In this document: positions 55,721 to 64,000 of the stretch, piece after piece
Numbering within the stretch: position 1 is the stretch's first letter
Layout: every line of letters begins with the position of its first letter
NCBI GenBank assembly: GCA_951406725.2
Contig: OX597843.1
Location: 14,632,001-14,696,000 of the forward strand
DNA: 64,000 nt
Source of the DNA: Octopus vulgaris
Lineage: Eukaryota
Direction: 5' to 3'
Position numbers and translations under genes: made by a program
Notes under the pieces: model-generated
The model's input: the letters and a program-made list of their open reading frames with translations, nothing else
Database searches by the model: none
Told to the model about the DNA's origin: nothing

Positions 55721-56451
55721 GTCTTTCTATCTATCTAAATATCTGTCTATCTATCTATCTGTCTATCTATCTATCTGTCTATCTATCTACCTATCTGTCT
55801 GTCTATCTATCTATCTATCTAAATATTTGTCTATCTATTTATCTATAAAATCAAAAGGAAATCAAAAGGATAAAATGGAAGGAAGAAACGGAAAATATTT
55901 TAAAGGAATATTTGAAAATGTGGGAAGAGGTTTGGCCATAGGTAAAAGTGTGGGTGTTGTGGCCGAGAAGCTTTGTTCCCAACCATGTGGTTGTGGGTTC
56001 AATCCCATTGGAGAATGTGAGGGTCTTGGGTTCTGCTTTAATTTCTGGTGTCTTGGGCAAGTGTCTTCTGTTATAACCCTCAGCTGATCAAAGCCTTGAG
56101 GGTGGATTTGGCAGGTGGAAACTGAAAGAAGCCTGTCGTATGTATTTGTGTGTAGGTGTGTATGTGTGTATGACTGTGTGTGAGTGAGTGTATGTAGGAG
56201 TGCGTAGGTGTGTGTAAATGTGTGTATGTGTGAGTGTGCATGTGTACATGTGTGTATGTGAGTGCATGCAGATATATGTGTGTGTGTGTGTGCACTTATG
56301 TGCATGTGCATGTGAGTGTGTGAGCATGTGTTTGTGTGTGTGTATGTGTGTGTGCATGTGTGTAAGTCCATGTATGTGTGAGTGTGTGTATGTGAGCATA
56401 TGTGTGTTTGTGTGCATGTGCATGCATGTGAATCCACGAGTGCATGTGAGA

Positions 56452-56482
<31 letters not shown>

Positions 56483-57169
56483 CATGTGTGTATATGTTTG
56501 TAAAAGCACGTCTGTGCATGTGTGAGTGTGTGTGTGTGTGCATGCATTTGTCTCGGCATCATGTGATGGTTGTAAACACACATTACTGTTATACAAACAG
56601 TGTTGTGCATTTCCAATCTTCCATGAAATTCAAGTCCGGCCATGGGGGGGAAATATTACTTTTACTTAAAAACAGGTGAGTGTTGGCAACAGGAAGGGCA
56701 CCCAGTCATAGAAAATCTGCTTCAATAAACTTCGTCTGGCTCATGCAAATATGGAAATGTTGACATTAATTGGTGATGATAAAATATGTTTAGAATTTGG
56801 TACCTGATCAAATGTGGGTGTGCAGGTTAACTAATTGGTGGAAAGAAAAATAACCCAAAGATGTGAAGCGGGTGGGGGGTGGGGGAGGGGGACAGAAAAA
56901 TACAAAACCTATTAAAATTGTACAATGCTAGAAGTCAAGGGAAGATCAAAATCTACTGACAAAGAGTCTGGTTTCCGAACGGAGATCAAAGGAATTAGTG
57001 ATTAGAAAAGAAAAAAAGGGAAGAAAATTGCAAAGTAAATATTTAGAAACATGCCTGCAGGTATTTAGCATTTCAGGTCTTTTATTTTAGTCTTGGAACA
57101 AAATCAAAAGTTTTTGGCTTCAACTCAGCTGACAAAGCAAAGTTGTGTGAAGTAGACTGTATTTGAAAT

Positions 57170-57840
57170 TGTTGCTGTTTAACACCAGGTCAGTCCTATT
57201 CATGTAGACAGATAATCAAAAATATTTTAGACACAACCATCTTGTCTTTATATAGACATTGTGTACCAAGGACTACATTGTGTACCAAGGACTATCTAAT
57301 GTGTCCATCCTTGTTGTTATTGCTTAGCCTTGGGTCAGTCCTGATCCAGAAGACCTACAATTAAAGATGTCCCACCTGTGACTGATTAGTCTTTTCTTTT
57401 GACAAAGTGTACCTTGGACAAAATTGTCTAATGTGTTCATTATTATTATTCTCATTGTTTAGCCCCAGATCAATCCTGATCTAGCCGGCCTATGATCAAA
57501 GATGTTCCAGCTGTGACCATCCAGCCTTTCATTCAGGTGTGACATATCAGGAGTGACATTATTTAATGTGTCCCTCTGTGTTATTTTTGTTTAGCCCCTG
57601 GTCAGACCTGATCCAGACATATCTATGATCAGAGATGCTCCAACTATGACCATCCTGTTTTATTCAGACACAGTCTATCAAGGACTACATTATCTAATGT
57701 GTCCTTTCTAGTTGTTTTTTAGCTTCAGGTCAGACCTGATCCAGACAAACCAACGATCAAAGATGTTCCAACTGTGACCATCCAGTCTTTCATTAAATCT
57801 TTCTAATGTGTTCTTTGTTATTGTTTTCTAGCCTCAGGAC
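57170..57840. repeat. Old diverged tandem repeat, unit about 125-140 bp, about 5 copies
   Basis: Recurring TTAGCCCCAGGTCAG..CCTGATC...ATCAAAGATGTTCCA.CTGTGACCATC...TAATGTGT. Confidence 0.8.
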
Positions 57841-57844
57841 GGAT

Positions 57845-58305
57845 CCAATCCAGACAAACCAATGATGAAAGACGTTCCATCTGTGACCATCCAATCCAGA
57901 CAAACCAACGATGAAAGACGTTCCATCTGTGACCATCCAATCCAGTCAAACCAACGATGAAAGACGTTCCATCTGTGACCATCCAATCCAGACAAACCAA
58001 TGATGAAAGACGTTCCATCTGTGACCATCCAATCCAGTCAAACCAACGATGAAAGACGTTCCATCTGTGACCATCCAATCCAGTCAAACCAACGATGAAA
58101 GACGTTCCATCTATGACCATCCAATCCAGACAAACCAATGATGAAAGACGTTCCATCTGTGACCATCCAATCCAGTCAAACCAACGATGAAAGACGTTCC
58201 ATCTGTGACCATCCAATCCAGTCAAACCAACGATGAAAGACGTTCCATCTGTGACCATCTAATCCAGACAAACCAATGATGAAAGACGTTCCATCTGTGA
58301 CCATC
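57845..58305. repeat. 46-bp minisatellite, 10 copies
   Basis: CCAATCCAGACAAACCAATGATGAAAGACGTTCCATCTGTGACCAT at 57845 + 46n. Confidence 0.97.
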
Positions 58306-59252
58306 CTATCTTTTACACAACTTTATATTAAAAAAAACGGAAACTTTGCAAGTGTAATCCGAGATACGTAATGGCTGCTCTTTCTACAATATCATCTGAC
58401 GAGAAACAAAGGAAGCTGCATTATCTTTGTTTTGTATTGATTTTCCGTCCATTGTTATCATCGATGTCATTGTTAGCCTTGTTTAGCCCCGGGTCAAACT
58501 TTATCCAGGCCAGACTTACCAAGACGAACCACACATCAATTCCGATTGCTTCATCTTGCATTCAGACATGAAATATATCAAGGTTTCTGATGTCCAATTT
58601 AGTAATTCCGGCACAAGATTAACCAGTGTAACTTAGTCTTGGAGTCTGACTATCATGTGATCTGAGGAATATGAATGGAATGGAATAAATAACGAAATGG
58701 TAATAACAAATATTGGAATGAACGCAAAAAGAAAAAGAAATATGGTGGGGAATGAGGTCATCTGTTTCAAGTTAGGATGTCTGGGTAATTCTAGATTTAT
58801 TAAATAATAAATAGTATATACGTGTGCGTGCACATACACACACGTAATCATCAATGTCATTGTTAGCATGAAAACACACACATGTGTGTGTGTGTCTGTG
58901 TGTATGTATGTATATATATATATATGTATATGTATATGTATATGTATATATATGTATGTGACTACATATGTCTGTATATATGTATATATATGTATATATA
59001 TATATACTTTGATACTTTGATAGGTTTCGGCCATTATTGGCCCAGGCCATGTCTAACTTAATAGCACCATATATATATATATATACACACACACTTATAT
59101 GTATACCCATACACAAACATATATACACACATGTGCATACATATATGCACACACAAACACACATACGTATGTGTGTTTGGACATTCATATATATATATGG
59201 TTGAATATATATATATTATTATATATATATTGTTTTATATATGTGTATATAT

Positions 59253-59341
<89 letters not shown>

Positions 59342-59371
59342 AATATGAAAATATAATACATAAATATAAAT

Positions 59372-59421
<50 letters not shown>

Positions 59422-60311
59422 ATATATATTTGTGTGCAAGTGCATTTTGTGTTCAATACATGTACTTTTACTTGCCCATGTACATGTTGATGTGTGTGTG
59501 TGCTCATATGCATGTATATATGCATTCTTCATAAATAATACACATCTCAAATGTGAGACTAAGATGATGTAGACAGCTATTGTTTCATTGTTATTTGGAA
59601 AAAATTCATCAGTGGGAATAAAGTTACGTAGTAAAAGTGGGAGGAGGGACTATTTAAATGTTATAAGACAGAGATACTAAATGGAATGGAAGTACTGATG
59701 CGGAGTGAAGAAAGAGGAGGAGAGGAGAAGAAGAAGAGGGAGAAGAAGAAAAAGAAGAAGAAGGAGAAGAAGAATAAGAAGATGAAGAAGAAGAAGAAGG
59801 AGAAGTAGAAGAAGAAGAAGAGGGAGAAGAAGAAGAGGGAGAAGAAGAAGAAGAAGGAGAAGCAGAAGCAGAAGAAGAAGAAGAAGAGAAGAAGAAGAAG
59901 AAGAAGAAGAAGAAAAGAAGAAGAAGGAGAAGTAGAAGAAGAAGAAGAGGGAGAAGAAGAAGAAAGAGAAGAAGAAGAAAGAGGAATGAGGAGGTGGAGG
60001 AGGAGGAGAAAGAAAAGAAGAAGAAGAACTAAAGAGGAATAAGGAGGAGGTGGAGGAGGAGGAGGAGGTGGAGGAGAAGGAAAAGAAGAAGAAGAAGAAT
60101 TCTTTCTACTATAGACACTTGAAGTTTTGGAGGAGAGGGCAAGCTGATTACATCGACCCCAGTGTATAACTGGTACTTTTTACAATGACCCTCTCTCCCC
60201 AAAAGATGAAAGGCAAAGTTGAGCTGAGTGGAATTTGAACTCAGAACGTAAAGATGGATGAAATGCTGCTTAGCCTTTTACTCTCTGTGCTAACGGTGCT
60301 GCCAGCTCACA

Positions 60312-60486
60312 GGTGAGGGGCAGGGAAGGAAAATCCTGGTCTGACAACATCAAGGACCAGACAGGTCAGAATATGAAGTGACCCTGCTAAGCATGACATA
60401 GAACAGGGATCAGTGGCGGATTGCTGACCATGGGAGTGCCTCAAGGGGTAGCGTCCCAATGATTGGCTGAAACAGTAAAGGGATCT

Positions 60487-60520
<34 letters not shown>
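60312..60520 (+). mobile_element. RTE-clade LINE 3' end with (GAT)n tail
   Basis: GQGRKSWSDNIKDQTG...NRDQWR-like remnant followed by (GAT)n. Confidence 0.55.
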
Positions 60521-60522
<2 letters not shown>

Positions 60523-60978
60523 ATTCTGTCAGTGTCTTTTTGGTGTATTGCTATATCATGAGGATGTAAACAAACCAATGCTGTGGTGAGGGACAAACAC
60601 AATAGCACACACATAAACGATGGGCTTCTTTCAGTTTCCACCTACTACATGCAAACACTAGACTTTGGTCAGCCAAAGGCTATAGGAGGCGGCACTTGCC
60701 CATGGTTCCCTGCAGTAGGACTGAACCCAGAACCATGCGATCATGAAGCAAACCTCATAGCACACAGCTATAGAGTGCCATGCAGTGGGATTGAACCCAG
60801 AAAAATGCAGTTGGGTGGAAGTTTCTTAAACATATAGCCATGACTATACCTTCTCTCCTCTTTTGCCCTCTCAATCTATCTATCTATACATACACACACA
60901 CACATGCACACACGCATATATATATACATATGCATATATATGTATGTATATATATGTATATATACATATACATATACA

Positions 60979-61027
<49 letters not shown>

Positions 61028-61111
61028 GTATATATAAATATATATACATACATATATATACATATGTATATATATGCGTGTGTGTGTGTATATATATATA
61101 TATACATATAC

Positions 61112-61161
<50 letters not shown>

Positions 61162-62196
61162 AATATGCATATATTTATAAGATGTATAATATATATATGT
61201 ATATATAAATATGCATATATTTATATATACATGTATATATATATAATATATATATAATATATACATGCATAGATATATATATAATATATATGTACACACA
61301 CACACACATATATATGCATACACATACACTTACATAATGTGTGCGTGCGTGTGTGTTTGCTGGCATCTGTAGTGGATATTCCCCACACATGCACACACAC
61401 TCACACACCCACGCACACATGCACCCCCACCTCCCTGCTTTCTCTCTCTGTCTTTCACAAACAACAACAAACAACAAAAACAAAGCATGCACTTATATTC
61501 CATAAGTCACATCTGTTGGTGCCAATGCTGCAAGAATCCAATTATCTCTGTTGCTAATTCGCATTTAATACGGTCCAAGAACTGAACCGACCAAACTTGA
61601 TAATCAGAAATTAGAAACATTGGTGGCCGCCAATCAAACCTAATCCTCTTATGCTATTGTGGAGTCTTGGAGATCTCCTGATATTCTTAAGTATTGCATT
61701 CATTCTTCACTTATTGACTGCCTTAAACCGTTGGACTGTGGCCATGCTGGAGTATTGCCTGGTAGGGGATATTAGTGGATTATTTAGGCAGGGTTGTGAG
61801 GTAAGATGTTTGCTTCTCAAACACATGGTCCTGGGTTCAGTCCCCCTGCAAGGCACCTTGAGCAACTGTCTTCTAGTATTGCCCTGGGCCAACGGAAGTC
61901 TTGTGAGCAGATTTGGTAGATTGAAACTGATAAGGAGCACCTTGTGTATATCATCATTATCATCATCATCATCATCGTTGTTTAATGACCATTTTCCATG
62001 CTGATATGGGTTGGCCGGTTTGACTGAGGTCTGGAGAGCCAGGAGGCTGCACCAGGCCCAGTCTGATCTGGCAGAGTTTCTACAGCTGGTTGCCCTTCCT
62101 AATGCCAACCACACTGAGAGTATAGTGGGTGCTTTTTACGTGCCACTGGCACAGGAGCTGGTCAGGGGGCACTGGCATTGGCTATGATTGTTTGGT

Positions 62197-62249
<53 letters not shown>

Positions 62250-62251
<2 letters not shown>

Positions 62252-62981
62252 AATAGTTATCGCCATACTAATATGGCAGTCTATAAATATAAGACTAAAG
62301 CTGTCGCTGATTAGCTCCAAGAGGCCATCGCCTCTAGCTAGCTATTTGACACACGAACCTGCGGCCATTACAATCTTCGAACAGGGGAGGTCAGCCGCTT
62401 CACCTTGATAGTCAGACATCTGCAGACATGTTTCAGGGTTGTTACCCTTTATCAATGCAGCGTAGTCAGAACCAGCAGGTGTCGCTACTGACCATCTGTT
62501 CGAAGATTTTATTTACCTAGTTACAGTGGAATACATCCACTTGTTTTCAATAATAGAAATATTAAAATTACTAAGTCTCTCTAAAGGAGATTACGGCAGC
62601 GTTACTGGATATTAATAGTTATCGCCATACTAATATGGCAGTCTATAAATATAACTGTAACTAGGTAAATAAAATCTTCGAACAGATGGTCAGTAGCGAC
62701 ACCTGCTGGTTCTGACTACGCTGCATTGATAAAGGGCAACAACCCTGAAACATGTCTGCAGATGTCTGACTAGCAAGGTGAAGCGGCTGACCTCCCCTGT
62801 TCGAAGGTTGTAATGGCCGCAGGTTCGTGTGTCAAATAGCTAGCTAGAGGCGATGGCCTCTTGGAGCTAATCAGCGACAGCTTTAGTCTTATATTTATAG
62901 ACTGCCATATTAGTATGGCGATAACTATTAACATCCAGTAACGCTGCCTTAATCTCCTTTAGAGAGACTTAGTAATTTTAA

Positions 62982-62990
<9 letters not shown>
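62250..62990. repeat. Compound inverted repeat (about 275-bp arms plus an inner partial copy) between (TA)n tracts, with hammerhead-like motifs
   Basis: 62250-62527 versus 62654-62931, and 62554-62654 versus 62888-62990. Confidence 0.92.
62721..62761 (+). ncRNA. Hammerhead-like motif with variant core UUGAUAA; inverted copy at 62420-62460 (-)
   Basis: CUGCA-UUGAUAA-AGGG/CCCU-GAAAC-AU-GUC-UGCAG; the same variant core is in both arms. Confidence 0.6.
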
Positions 62991-63033
<43 letters not shown>

Positions 63034-63467
63034 CATATATACATACATATATACATACATACATACATACATATATACATCCATATATATATATGCCCTT
63101 ATATATGCTTGTATATACTCGTGTGTATGTGTCTGTGTATATCTATCTCTATCTGATATTCTTATAATGAACGCCAGTGGTATTTTTGGCCATTTCTTTT
63201 GTCCTGTTCATTTCATTCTGTTTAGTTTCTCACCCTTCTTCTTCTTCTTCTTCTTCTTCTTCTTCTTCTTCTTCTTCTTCTTCTTCTTCGTCTTCTTCTT
63301 CTTCTTCGTCTTCTTCTTCTTCTTCTTCTTCTTCTTCCTTCTTCTTCTTCTTCTTCTTCTTCCTTCTTCTTCTTCTTCTTCTTCTTCTTCTTCTTCTTCT
63401 TCTTCTTCTTCTCTCATTCAGTTTCTCTTCCCCCCTCTTGCTTTCAGTGTGTGTATATATCGTGATG

Positions 63468-63520
<53 letters not shown>

Positions 63521-64000
63521 CACTCACATGTACATATACATCTATATACACATGTAAGCATATATGCGTGTATGTATGCATATCACATATATGCATGTGT
63601 GTGTATATATGTATATATATATATATATGCATATATATATATATATATATACATACATATATATATATACATAATATATATATATATCTCCATACATACC
63701 CAGACACACATACACACAGACACATTACTCTACATACAGACATCGTTAGTGGCCCTTAACCCATCTAGACTAGAAGAAAAAAAAAACAGCCAAAAGCAAT
63801 AATTAGCAAACGATCCAGAAAAGAAGGAAAAAAAAGAAACAAGTAAGTAAATAAAACAAATAAACAAACGAAAAAGAAATAATCAAAACAGACCCCAATG
63901 TAATTTATGTGGTTAAGTGTCACTCTTGTACAAATTTCAATTCGTTATCTGCCGCAGCTAACGAACATAACAGCGAAATTATGTGACAGCAGTCAGCCAT

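Noticed and set aside
57818-58258. 146-aa repetitive ORF on the gene strand
   Set aside because: Translation of a 46-bp minisatellite cycling through frames; no similarity to a receptor N-terminus.
58633-58761. Hydrophobic frame MTSFPTIFLFLFAFIPIFV... as the receptor signal peptide
   Set aside because: It runs into a stop with no convincing phase-compatible donor; T-rich sequence easily gives hydrophobic frames.

Overview
This is an AT-rich, microsatellite-saturated eukaryotic window, very probably from an Octopus genome (inferred from the SINE families and repeat landscape). Almost all ORFs in the track are microsatellite artefacts. The one real host gene is a minus-strand Cys-loop ligand-gated ion channel subunit of the GABA-A family, closest in motifs to insect GRD/CG8916. 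Seven GT-AG exons (68, 221, 83, 141, 153, 209 and 279 nt; 52873 down to the stop at 12100) splice in frame to 383 codons; the N-terminal exon(s) were not found. The rest is transposon debris: several tRNA-derived SINE families, R4/Dong-type fragments in (TAA)n, RTE and L1/Tx1-type LINE pieces, Helitron, Tc1/mariner, hAT and piggyBac-type MITEs, and minisatellites. Two things stand out. (1) A 33-bp minisatellite has copied the 5' splice site of the Cys-loop exon 13 times in frame without stop codons. (2) More than a dozen minimal type I hammerhead ribozyme motifs from several unrelated sequence families sit in (TA)n-associated, often fold-back, Penelope-like terminal repeat fragments. All structures were read by eye and need computational confirmation.
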